Source: Octopus vulgaris
Lineage: Eukaryota
NCBI GenBank assembly: GCA_951406725.2
Contig: OX597817.1
Span: 10,106,001-10,170,000 of the forward strand
DNA length: 64,000 nt
Reading direction: 5' to 3'
A program made the position numbers and the translations under genes. This document shows, in pieces, positions 52,651 through 64,000 of this stretch (positions within the stretch are counted from its first letter, which is position 1; the number at the start of each line of letters is the position of its first letter). Under the pieces are notes generated by a model. That model had not been told where the DNA came from and did not search any database. It saw only the letters and a list, made by a program, of their open reading frames with translations.

Positions 52651-52959
52651 CGTATGTATGTATGTATGTATGTATGTATGTATGTATGTATGTATCAGAA
52701 TAGACAAAACCAAATGTTGATATTTTAAATGCATTTAGTATGCTCTTTTCTTACAGCTATGTATGATAAACATTACGTAATATCATCAGTCAACATTTCA
52801 ATATACATACAAATATACACTCACACTCGTATATATATATGTATGTGTGTAATCATAATCTCCTGCACAAGTAAACCTATTGTTAGAGGAAACCCTAGTG
52901 GCTTTCGCTGTTAGCAATCTCCACTGACTTTTCATACGGTAGTGAGATTTTTACAGGTT

Positions 52960-53920
52960 GATCGTTATGGAAGATGTTCAGTATGGTCATAATAAATGAG
53001 ACGTCAAACTGGGTTTTTTATTGGGCTACAATTCTTTGTTGAAATGGGATTTGGAGCATTTTTAATCTGACGTTTAATTCAATATTTTTATTCGATGACC
53101 ATCATTTTAAATGTTACATTCTGGTTGTAGCTATCGATTAGAATTGTTTCTTTTTAATGAACTGAACCCATTTGTTCATTCTGTACGTACGCTCCTGACG
53201 CATTTTCAAATCTGGTAGGAAGCTCCTGAATTTCTGCTTTACTTCTTTCCATGAGGTCGATATCCTCGTAATGCAGTTTGCAAAAGAACCGTCATCTGTT
53301 GAAAGTGAGAGCTGGGATTCACGAAGTGTTTCCTATGTGGCATTTTCCTGCAGGTTGTAGTTTTTGAAACATCTCCGATGGTATTATTCAGTCAAACTAT
53401 GTTTTTAATTGTCATATAGTAATAGAATCATTAGGAAGAGGATCCTATCGTAGATGAAGTCATTTAAAGGCTTTCTTGATGTCAATGAATTTGTATGCGC
53501 ATGTTTGTCGATCAGCAGTCTAATGTTAAATATATGTTCGGACTTTCCACAGTTTTATCGTAATACTTGGCTGTTCTCTGCGCATTTCTTCCACCATCAA
53601 CTTACGTCTCCTTAAGAAAACACTACGTAGTAGATTCGGACATAATTTAATGACTTTTTTCTTACTTGATAACAAATACAGAACCTCATAGTGGTTATTC
53701 TTTTGGCAATTTCATTGTTTGAAAATCTCCTTACACGTGGCTCTCAAAGCTTTCATGAGTACTGCCCTCCATTTCTCAGGAAATCTACTGGAGTATTGTC
53801 GACTCCTTCATGGGTTTCTTTCTTTGAGAAGGTGCACCACACTTTCTAATTCCTCCTTTTATACTGGAGCATTTGGAAGTTTCCGTTGAGATTGGTGGCA
53901 CTGTCAAGAATGCCTGTGTC
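52960..53920 (-). pseudogene. Decayed RTE-like reverse transcriptase fragment
   Basis: Ordered remnants EELESVVHLLK, GVDNTPVDFLRNGG, FIDIKKA, LHYEDIDL (cf. LRFADDIDL). Confidence 0.6.
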
Positions 53921-54086
53921 ATTCATACATACATACATACATACATACATACATACATACATACATACATACATACGGACGTGCGTGTATATATATAAAA
54001 CAAGAAAATGAAGAACAAATTTTTATAATTCCGTGCCATCATTCATTTAATGATACGCAAATGGTGTATCATATATCTGCTTACCG

Positions 54087-54121
<35 letters not shown>

Positions 54122-54156
54122 CGCAGTATGATTGTATGTATATATATATATATTAT

Positions 54157-54575
54157 CTTTTTATTTGTTTCAGTAATTAGACTGCGGATATACTGAGGTC
54201 CCGCCTTGAAATTTTAGTCGAATGAATCGACCCTAGGAGTTATGTATTTTTTAAAATCCTGCCACTTATTCTATCGGTCTCTTTTGCTGAACCGCGTATT
54301 TACGGGGTTGCAAACACACCAACACCGGTTGTCGAGCGGTGATGGGTGGACAAACACAGACAGGAAGACACAAACACATAGATATACATATATACATACA
54401 TACATACGTACATACTTACTTACATATGTACAACGGGCTTCTTTCAGTTTCCGTCTACCAAATCTATTCACAAGACTTTGGTCGGTCCGAGCCTACATTT
54501 TGCCCAAGATGTCACGCAATGGGACTGAACCTGGAACCAAGTGGTTGGGAAGCAAGCTACCTACCACACAGCCAT
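54157..54575 (-). mobile_element. SINE family A, diverged
   Basis: Colinear with the other A copies. Confidence 0.85.
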
Positions 54576-54597
54576 GTTGTTGTTATTATTATTATTA

Positions 54598-54653
<56 letters not shown>

Positions 54654-55564
54654 ATTATTATATATTAGTGAATCTTTATGCCAGGGTAATTTCTTTAACA
54701 ATATCTCTTGTTACTGTTCTTCAGCCATGCGTCATACAATGCGGATCTTCGCTAAGATTATCCATGCAAAATCAAAAGTGATAAAGAAAGCCATAATTTT
54801 ACAGAGAAATTACTGTCTTGTGTATTTTCAATTAGTTGTTCTGACTCACTTGTATTACTCTTCGATACACCTGAATAGTAAAAAGCCATGCTTTGCTGAA
54901 GTCACTTAGGAATTCAAATAACTGGTGAATCGAATTTCAGTAATTGACAAGTTCACACGTTAGACGGAGCTCTATTGTGCACTATTTTACAACCATTTCT
55001 TAATAGATTTATTTTTATTGAAAAATATATAACTCTCAACTTTTTGTAAACTGGAAACTAGATTTTGGATAAAGCAACCACTTTCACTCTCATAGCATCC
55101 TAAGAACGAATATTCACCGGATTATTTTGAACGAAGCCAGCTTAGTATTTAAAGTAAATGTTTTTAACGATGAAGTTGAAAAAACTAAATGGTTACAAAG
55201 AGACGTACTTGACCGCTCCTCCATGCTGTGTCTATAATAAACGATATATATATTTCATATAGATTAAATATATGCATGTATGTTTGTACCTTTCTGTCTG
55301 TCTGTCTGTCTCTGTCTGTCTCTCTCTCTCTCTCTCTCGCCTTCTACGTGTGTGTTTGCACACACTCACATATATATTGTTTTATACGCATGTATGAATA
55401 ATTACATTATATATATATATATGCGACAAGAAATATTTGTCTCTTTTCAGGAAACGTTGATTTGATGGTCAGATAAGCTAATGTACAGTATAAACAATAA
55501 TTTAATGAATGATTAAAAAGATTACACACACACACGTGTGTGTATGTGAAAAGGAGAGGGCAGA

Positions 55565-57477
55565 AAAAGAGGCCGGGGTTGTCAAGAATATTAAGACAAA
55601 CTAAAAAGCCTTCTATAGATATACAAAAGAATCTGCTTGAGTACGGTATAAAATAGGGCCAATACTTGAAGAAAATGGCTCACCAAATGCAGACCTCCAG
55701 AGAATCAGTGAAATATTGAATGTGCAATACAAGAGTGCTTTCACTACTCCACTGGGACACTTGTAAGTAGCAAGTGATGAGTTCTTTGGCTCTACAGATC
55801 TACACAGCAAAATAGCAATTATTGATAGCATCAGCATAGAGGAAACTGATGTGATATCAGCCATTGATGAGACGAGCTCAAACTCAGCAACAGACCCTGA
55901 TGGATTCCCAGCAATCATCCTAAAAAAATGCAAAGGGACTCTATCCAGACCACTTCAGATTATTTTCCAGCGCTTCCTCACAACAGGGAAACTTCCCAAA
56001 AAAGTTAAAGGAAGGGAAGACATAATATGTCCTATCCATAAGGGAGTTAGCAGAGTAGATGCTAAGAATTATAGATCTGTCTCTCTAACTTCCCATATCA
56101 GCAAAGTCATGGATCGCATTGTCAGGAAGAAACTAATTGCGTTCCTTGAAGATTATGACTTGCTTCCTGACACCCAGCATGGCTTTCGCTCCGACAGAAG
56201 CTGCTTTACACAGCCTTTGCAACACTACAACTGGGTGTTGAAAGAATTAATGAATCGCTCAAATGTGGATGTGATATATCTCGACTTTGCAAAGGCCTTT
56301 AATAAGGTTGATCCTGAGATATGTCACAAACTACTGGTTGCATGAATTCTTAAAAGACAGAAGCCAGGCTGTGGCAGTCAACGGAGGCCTCTCCACGGAG
56401 AAATTAATAAAAAGTGGGGTGTCTCAGATAGCTGTATTGGGCCCACTGCTCTTCATGGTGACTCTTTCAGACATGCCATCAGTTACACAGACAACCACAC
56501 TTACTAGCTATGTCGACGACACAAAAGTAGTACAAGCAGTCAAGGAATCTTCTGATGCTAATCTTCCACAGAAAGACCTAGATGTCATTTATAAATGGGC
56601 TGAGGACAACAACGTGAAATTTAAAGCAGGCAAATTCCAAGCCCTCCACTACCAGCTACTTGGTACTCAGAAATCACAACAACAATACTTTGGACCAAAA
56701 GGAGTTGCAATCCTAGAATCACATACGGTGCGTGATCTTGGGATTGATATGAGCAATGATGCCTTGTTTCACATTCATGTCATCAAGATGGTGGCAGTGT
56801 GCAGGCGAATGGCCGGATGGATTCCGAGAGCCTTCAGAACAAGGGACCAGGAAACTATGCTGGTCCTATGGAGGACATTTGTCCACAGAGATCAGAGTTA
56901 CTGCTTTCAAGTGTGGTCACATTACACTGTAGGATTGATAGCAGAACTTGCGGCGGTTCAGCGATACTACACGGGGAAGGTCACATCAATGGAACAGCTG
57001 AGCTACTGGGAGAGACTGAAAGAGCTACGACTCTACTCCCTGGAGCGAAGGCGGGAGAGGTATGCAGTGATATATGTGTGGAAGATACTGGAAGGGCTGG
57101 CACAAAACTTTGGAATTGATAGTTGTACCAGACTTCGAAATGGACGTCACTGCACTGTTCCAAAAGTCCCAGCTGTCTCATCTAAGGCGAGGATCACGTA
57201 CTGCAACAGCTTGGGACTCAAGGTCCCACAGCTATTTAACTCCTTGCCAAAACATCTGAAGGATCTCCGTGGAGTGGGAGTAGATGTTTTCAAGAAACAA
57301 CTTGACCTCTTGCTATTCAAGATCCCAGATAAACCAATATCAAGGCAAGAAACTAAAAAAAAAGGGGGGCAGTATCGCACTCCCTCCTTCACCAAAAGCC
57401 AAACAAATAGAATTGGCCAATTAAAAGGTGATTACGCTGGCGGTACCCCAGCATGGTCACTGCCTCAAGGCTGAAAC

Positions 57478-57478
<1 letters not shown>
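55565..57478 (+). pseudogene. 5'-truncated CR1/L2-group LINE ORF2 (reverse transcriptase), disrupted
   Basis: ORFs 55851-56345 and 56287-57474: NYRSVSLTS, QHGFR, YLDFAKAF, VLGPLLF, YVDDTK, VRDLGI, LYSLERRRERY; stops and frameshifts; short 3' tail then (TA)n. Confidence 0.92.
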
Positions 57479-57514
<36 letters not shown>

Positions 57515-57516
<2 letters not shown>

Positions 57517-57732
57517 TTTTATTTTACTTTTACTTGTTTCAGTCATTTGACTGCAACCATCCTGGAGCATCACCTCAAAGGGATTTTCTTTAGTTGAAGA
57601 AATCGGCACCAGGACTTATTCTTTGTTAGCCTAGTACTTATTCTATCGGTTCTTTTGCGGAACCGCTATGTTACGGGGACGTAATCACACCAACATTGGT
57701 TGTCAAGATATGGTGGGGAGACAAGCACAGAA

Positions 57733-57766
<34 letters not shown>

Positions 57767-57995
57767 AATATATGCATACATATATACGACGAACTTCTTT
57801 CAGTTTCCGTCTACCAAATCCACTCACAAGGCTTTGCCTAGCCCGAGGCTATAGATGAGTTCAAATTCCGCTGAGGTCGACTTTGCCTTTAATCTTTTCG
57901 GGTTCGATAAATTAAGTACCATTTGCGTACTAGGTTCGATCTAATTGACTATCCCCCACCAAAAAAAAATTCGAGCGTTGTACCCAGAGTAGAAA
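57515..57995. mobile_element. SINE A (minus, 57515-57853) fused to a SINE B fragment (plus, 57856-57995)
   Basis: Abrupt switch at gaggctataga|tgagttcaaattccg. Confidence 0.8.
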
Positions 57996-58019
57996 AAAAT
58001 ATATATGTAAATAGGTAGA

Positions 58020-58050
<31 letters not shown>

Positions 58051-58070
58051 TTGTATATATGTGTGTATAT

Positions 58071-58400
58071 GGCACTGGTGCTCCATCGGTTACGACGACG
58101 AAGGTTCCATTCGATCCGATCAACGGAACAGCCTGCTCGTAAAATTAACGTGCAAGTGGCTGAGCACTCCACAGATACGCATTGCCTTAACGTAGTTTTC
58201 AGGGAGATTCAGCGTGACATATAATGTAACAAAGCCAGCCTTTTTGAAATACAGGTACTGCTTGTTTTTGCTAGCTGAGTGGACTGGAGCAGGGTAAAAT
58301 AAAGTGTCTTGCTCAAGGAAGCAACGTGCCGCCGGGAATCGAAATCACGCCCTTATGATCGTGAGCGGATTACCCTAACCACTAAGCCACGTGCATTCAC
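58071..58400 (-). mobile_element. SINE with family C head/body and the family D type-1 tail
   Basis: 58075-58258 matches the reverse complement of 15470-15650; 58270-58400 matches the C head and body. Confidence 0.85.
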
Positions 58401-58479
58401 ATGTGTGTATATATGCATCAGTAAATAGACAAGCATACAGATAGGTGGAGGGAGAGACAGAGAGACGGATAGATAGATA

Positions 58480-58917
58480 AGTTTCTTTATTGGCCACACA
58501 GGGCTGCACACAGATGGGACAAATTACAAGGTAGAGCTTTTCTTTTGGGGGATGAAAAAAAAAGTGCCGTAGGTTTTCGATCAAAAGGGATCGTAAAAGG
58601 AAAAAAAGAAAAAAAGGAAAAAAAGGAAAAGAAACAAAAGAAAAGAAAAAAGAAAAAAGAAGAAAAAGAGGAAAAAAGGGGAAGAGGAAAAAAACGATCA
58701 ATAGGGATCGTGTATCACAGTGTCATGATGTATGGTGTAAAAGGGGGAAGCAAATAAGGTTTATCCGTGGGAAGAAAAGCCTACGAAAAAGACCACGGTA
58801 ACCTCGGTCAATATTGTTATATGTTACCACATTTGTTTGCAAGTGGGTAACTCTCTGTTTTCAATTTCTGGGTTCATAGGATTATGCTCAAGGTGGCTTC
58901 GTCATTCATACGTGCCA
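58480..58917 (-). mobile_element. LINE 3' UTR fragment, probably Tx1/L1-like, inserted in (GATA)n
   Basis: Pyrimidine-rich UTR ending ...cagccctgtgtggccaataaagaaac with AATAAA; GATA repeats on both sides; clade is inferred. Confidence 0.55.
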
Positions 58918-58924
58918 GATAGCC

Positions 58925-58998
<74 letters not shown>

Positions 58999-59294
58999 AG
59001 TAATGTGTTTTGTGTGTATGTGTTTTGTGTGTGAGTGTGTGTGCCCACGTGTGTGTGTATTATTGCATCCAAAATCTCAGACGTGCTTTTATCGTCTGTT
59101 TAATTATCTAATACAACAAATAAAAGTTAAACTTTGAATACAAATGTTTAACCACCTGACAATTGTGGAGAGTTCTTATCTTTCTTTTATACGTTTATTT
59201 GCCTGTGTATTAGTGTTATGTTTATGTGACGCAGCATGCCGAATGGTCAGGGTGGTCACGTCACTATCATAAAGTTGTATATTCAGTTCTCGTG

Positions 59295-59965
59295 CGGGGA
59301 AGGGCGGGGTCAAGGCAGGGAATGGCGGGGGTCAGGGCAAGGAAGGGTAGGGTCAGGGCAGGGAAGGGCGAGGGTCAGGGCAGGGAATGGCGAGGTGAGG
59401 GCAGGGAAGGGCGGGGTCAGGGAAAGGAAGGGCGGGGTGAGGGCAAGGAATGGCGGGGTCAGGGCAAGGAAGGGCGGGGTCAGAGCAAGGAAGGGCGGGG
59501 GTCAGGGTAGGGAATGGCGGGGTCAGGGCAGGGAATGGTAGGGTAGGGGCAGGGAAGGGCGGGGTCAGGGAAAGGAAGGGCGGGGTGAGGGCAGGGAATG
59601 GCGGGGTCAGGGCAGGGAATGGCGAGGTGAGGGCAGGGAAGGGCGGGGTCAGGGAAAGGAAGGGCGGGGTGAGGGCAGGGAATGGCGGGGTCAGGGCAGG
59701 GAATGGCGAGGTGAGGGCAGGGAAGGGCGGGGTCAGGGAAAGGAAGGGCGGGGTCAGGGCAGGGAATGGCGGGGTCAGGGCAAGGAAGGGCGGGGTCAGA
59801 GCAAGGAAGGGCGGGGTCAGGGTAGGGAATGGCGGGGTCAGGGCAGGGAATGGTAGGGTAGGGGCAGGGAAGGGCGGGGTCAGGGCAAGGAAGGGCGGGG
59901 TCAGGGTAGGGAATGGCGGGGTCAGGGCAGGGAATGGTGGGGTCAGGTCAGGGAATGGCGGGAGG
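59295..59965. repeat. G-rich 21-bp minisatellite, about 31 units (agggcagggaaKggcggggtc)
   Basis: Directly visible; explains ORFs 59226-60199. Confidence 0.95.
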
Positions 59966-60049
59966 GGTGTTGTATCCTTAAGGACCACATCATTTTACGT
60001 TGCCCCAGTTTACTCAGCAGTAAATGAGAACTTGCTGACTACAGCTGCA

Positions 60050-60257
60050 GCTCTCTCTCCCTCTCTCTCGCTCTCTTTCTGTCTGTCTATCTGTCTCTCC
60101 CTCTCTTTCTCGTGCTGTCAAAACATTGGTTTCTGCTCAGTCAAGGGTCGGGTAGCCGAGAGGGCATTTGTGATTGCTCGCGAATGCGTAGACACTTAAA
60201 GCAAACAGGAAAAAGCGTGGCACACGCTATCAGGTCCTATTTGTTTGCGAGCGAAGG
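60050..60257 (+). promoter_or_regulatory. Candidate Pol II promoter and first non-coding exon
   Basis: CT-rich tract, TCAGTC initiator-like motif at 60137-60142, CpG-richer unique sequence, donor G|GTAAGC at 60258. Confidence 0.4.
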
Positions 60258-60338
60258 GTAAGCTTTTAAGCTTTTTATCTTCTTAAATACACTTACATTT
60301 ATATATAATGCTTTTTATTCTTCTTCTTCTTCTTTCAG

Positions 60339-60426
60339 ATTCCTTGCTTGCGCGTGTGGATCAAAAGAAGGAGTACATATAACATAAATTGAAGTCATCT
60401 ATAATGTAAATCATACATTTTTTCTG
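60339..60426 (+). other. Candidate second non-coding exon after an 81-nt intron (60258-60338)
   Basis: Acceptor ttcttcttcttcttctttcAG| and donor CTG|GTGAGT at 60427. Confidence 0.5.
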
Positions 60427-60710
60427 GTGAGTTCAACTTTTAAAGTATTTTAAACATTTAAACATCAAAATATATAGATTCACACACCACGAGCCCCAGA
60501 GGAATTACAAAAATGGTGCGTGGCTTAGCTTTGATGCTTATTGGAAAGACAGATCTGCTTCCGCATATTGATCCATTTTTTTTATCGATGACGTTCCTAG
60601 AAGATATATGTCTTATTTTCTCCAGTTGAGACGAGTAGGTTTTTGTATCCAACCCTAAAACACTTAGAAATCTTGCAACAAATGTGCTAACAAGTGTGAT
60701 TTATTCATTA

Positions 60711-61095
60711 CTAGCAGTATCGCCCGGCGTTGCTCAGGTTTGTAAGGGAAATAACTATAAAGCATTTTTAGAGAGTTATAGCCAAAAAATAGCAAAAAAA
60801 TGGAAAAAAAATTATGGTAAATTTTTTTTGAGAGTTAAAAATGGTGGAGTTGCGTCCCCTAGACGGTCTGTGGTTTGTGTTTCCGATTCTCGACCCCATG
60901 TCGAATTTATCGATTTTTTTCAGAACTGGGGGAACTTTTCAAAATTTTCGCTGCGTTAGTTTTTAATTATGACATTGGGCTATGTGTGTGTCAAGTTTCA
61001 TCAGAATCGGTTGAAAGCCGTGGTCAGAGTGAGGGTACAAGCTAACAGACACACAGAAACACACACAGACAAACTGCCGTTTATATAGAGAGAGA
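60711..61095 (-). mobile_element. Non-autonomous Helitron
   Basis: On the minus strand: A|TC 5' end, 3' hairpin cctgagcaacgccggg, CTAG|T terminus, no TSD. Confidence 0.82.
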
Positions 61096-61171
61096 TATCT
61101 TCAGCAGATTTTTTCTTATTTGCTTTTGATTTTTTTAACACAAGGTTTCCTTTGGTTTATAAGGTTTGAGA

Positions 61172-61334
61172 TAGGCGCAGGAGTGGCTGTGTGGTAAGTA
61201 GCTTGTTTACCAACCACATGGTTCCGGGTCCAATCCACTGCGTGGCATCTTGGGCAAGTGTCTTCTACTATAGCCTCGGGCCGACCAAAGCCTTGTGAAT
61301 GGATTTGGTAGACGGAAACTGAAAGAAGCCTGTC

Positions 61335-61373
<39 letters not shown>

Positions 61374-61604
61374 TGTGTGTGTTTGTGTGTCTGTGTTTGT
61401 CCCCCTAGCATTGCTTGACAACCGATGCTGGTGTGTTTATGTCCCCGTTACTTAGCGGTTCGGCAAAAGAGACCGATAGAATAAGTACTGGGCTTACAAA
61501 AAGAATAAGTCCCGGGGTCGAGTTGCTCGATTAAAGGCGGTGCTCCAGCATGGCCGCAGTCAAATGACTGAAACAAGTAAAAGAGTAAAAGAGAGTAAAG
61601 AGTA
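61172..61604 (+). mobile_element. Full-length tRNA-derived SINE family A (CORE-like segment, internal microsatellite, LINE-derived tail)
   Basis: A box tggctgtgtgg, B-box-like gggtccaatcc, cttgggcaagtg segment, tail repeat (gtaaaaga)n. Confidence 0.9.
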
Positions 61605-62923
61605 TATGTCTAAATTGTACAGCAGTTTCGAGAAAACGCCGTACACTGACTCGCTTTTTTTTTATATATATATTGCGTCTGAGAGCAATTTTTCCTTAGT
61701 GATCTTGCGAAAGCCTTGTAAAAACCATGAATATCTAATTTCTCATATCAGTTAAATTTACACTGTTGGGTGTGTTGCATATAGGAAATCAATCTTTGTT
61801 ACATATCCTTTCGATATCTTAGATTGTATAAAATAAGAATAAATCATTTAACTAAAATATCTCCATTTTGTGTGGTAGGCCTAACACAAATCATGTTTAA
61901 CTCCACTACTTACTCTTTGGGTGACCTTTTACGCAGTAACAAATTTTCGGATCTGATTTCCGGTGTCTTCTCTTGTCCACATTTTTCTTAAAGATATTGA
62001 CTTTTACCAGCTGCTTATTTTCCTAGGAGGCCGCTGCCCTCCTTTTTATAAATAACTCCTGTATATTTCTTTTATGTCTTCGATAAAGATCGTCGTTTTT
62101 CATCGCAAATATAATCACAATCTCTGAAAAGAGCTGTGAGAGTACATATGTTCATGTGACGAAGACCTTGCGAATACCCACTTAATTATACACACAAGCA
62201 CAAAATATACACAAATGAAGTAAATACTAAAAACTGATTTTGCACATAAATTTCCGATTTTAGATTAAATTTAATTTGAAAGTGAACATTTGTATGAATC
62301 ACATGGCTATGAAACTTCGGTATTAAGACTGTTTCCAACAGCTAAACGAAATACAGCATGTAAAATTTGTGATTCTCGAAGAGCTTTGTTGTAATATTCC
62401 AGTTAAGAGATGCAATTCGAGATCATATATTCCGAAGTGCTGATCGATCGAACACTAACAGCCAGCAGCAATGAGTCGCGTACAATACGATGAGACTTAA
62501 ACTCCCAATTACTTGGCCTACATAACTACGATTAAGCACTATGTTTAGAAGGGTTTCGACAATGTGAACAATAGGAGCGCTGAAATTTCATAAGTATTTC
62601 GATAGTGTAGAGAGCGGAGTCAAAGCTTTCCACTCTAGACTATTACTCTGAGGCGATCCGTTGGCCAACCAAAAGTCTCACCTTATCGCTTTCAACGGTG
62701 CAACAACAAAGAAAATCAATGCTTGAGTTTTAACTAAAATATCATTTACCAAAACCTTTTGAAAATCTTCGGTTTTACAAACAGTGGATAAAATTAATTC
62801 CCTCGGAGATAGTATCTTGTTATATTATATACTAGGTTCAAGGACCATGTATATTATTGGAGGGGAGAAATGGGAGGTGCGCATTAATTCAGTTATTTCA
62901 TACTGGTGTTGTTTTGTCTGAAG

Positions 62924-63146
62924 CAGTGCTTTTCAACCTTTTTGCTGGAGCGGAACCCCAAGGAAACATTCCACTGGCTCGAGGAACCCCTGTGCAATAA
63001 TTTAATTGTCATATGCACACATATCTGCACAGGAGAATTAAAAATTACTGTCGATTTTAGCATTTTTGTAACTTCTTGCGGAACCCCTGGACTGTACTGG
63101 CGGAACCCCTGGACTGTACTGGCGGAACCCTGGTTGAAAACCACTG
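62924..63146. mobile_element. hAT-type MITE, same family as 34013-34209
   Basis: Perfect 8-bp TSD GTCTGAAG; carries one extra internal gcggaacccctggactgtactg unit. Confidence 0.92.
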
Positions 63147-64000
63147 GTCTGAAGATATAAGACCAAAAGCAGTTCGAACCATAGCCATCTCGTCAATTTT
63201 TTCAGACTGCATTTGTTTAAAGTGTTGTTTCTTTTTAAGATTATGGGATGTAATATGAGTGAGATTTGTCTACTACTTCTATCAGGTCGAACGACCACAT
63301 AGATGCTCGCTTCAGGGATTGTAAACGTTTCTAGGTAGCGCAGTAGTCAAGTGAGGTAGCACAGCGCTGAACTAAATCTATCACATTTTGTTTTAACCTT
63401 CTCGGTTCTCAGGTGAAACCGCAAAGAGGGGTTATCTTTTGTCCATCTTCTAGAGTCAAATGAAATAAGCATCTGTAAAAGCCTGACAAATCGATTCACT
63501 TATCCCTATCCCCACTAATTTAAACATTGGCTTTGTAATGTCAGAAGAAGTTTAAACCCAAACGAAGCAAATCGATACTTCATTTAAACTAAATACTTAA
63601 CTGATTTGTTTCATAAAGATTATCTTGAAAAAAAGCTGTTACATATCAATATATCTAGTTATTTGTATGCGTATTTGTGTATGAGAAGGAAAGAAACATT
63701 TGAGAGAGAGACTGAAGGAATTAAATGAATAAAATAGATTTTGCGTTTATGTATTAATATGAGTATATGTGTAAACTCATGTCCTCCATGTGTGTAAATT
63801 ATTTTTGTGTTTCTGCGTTTGTGTCCAATATTATGCTTATGTATCCGATATTATTTAATCTTACGTTTGCATCGCCGTGGCATACCAGCAAATGAGTTTT
63901 ACACAATTTATATAATTACGGGCGATTCAATTCGTCCCTGGTTCGGTTCAGGTGTTTGATGTTGATAAGCCACAAAAATGGCGAAATATCAGTATCCATC

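Noticed and set aside
55851-57474. Active or domesticated reverse transcriptase gene
   Set aside because: 5'-truncated, with in-frame stops upstream, a frameshift or deletion after YLDFAKAF, and degraded motifs (GVSQIA for GVPQGS)
59226-60199. 249-aa Gly/Arg-rich and 211-aa Pro-rich ORFs
   Set aside because: By-products of a stop-free 21-bp minisatellite that is open on both strands

Overview
AT-rich, microsatellite-dense eukaryotic non-coding DNA. The repeat repertoire points to an octopus/cephalopod genome (inference). No intact protein-coding gene is visible, and most tracked ORFs are translations of simple repeats. The window holds: several tRNA-derived SINE families with swapped heads and tails; decayed LINEs (CR1/L2-group, RTE, R4/Dong-type restriction-like-endonuclease, a probable Tx1-like 3' end); a full-length but dead Tc1 element nested in a SINE; a DD37D maT fragment; hAT, mariner and unclassified MITEs; non-autonomous Helitrons; a G-rich 21-bp minisatellite; and a candidate promoter with two spliced non-coding exons near 60.1-60.4 kb. 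The most interesting signal is a set of five minimal hammerhead-ribozyme motifs at four loci. Two loci sit in units bounded by direct repeats (358-nt and 582-nt periods), two share a downstream domain, and four of the five motifs have a non-C base at core position 3. Together these suggest Penelope-associated, retrozyme-like small self-cleaving RNA elements. All calls are by eye; no alignments, searches or folding were run.
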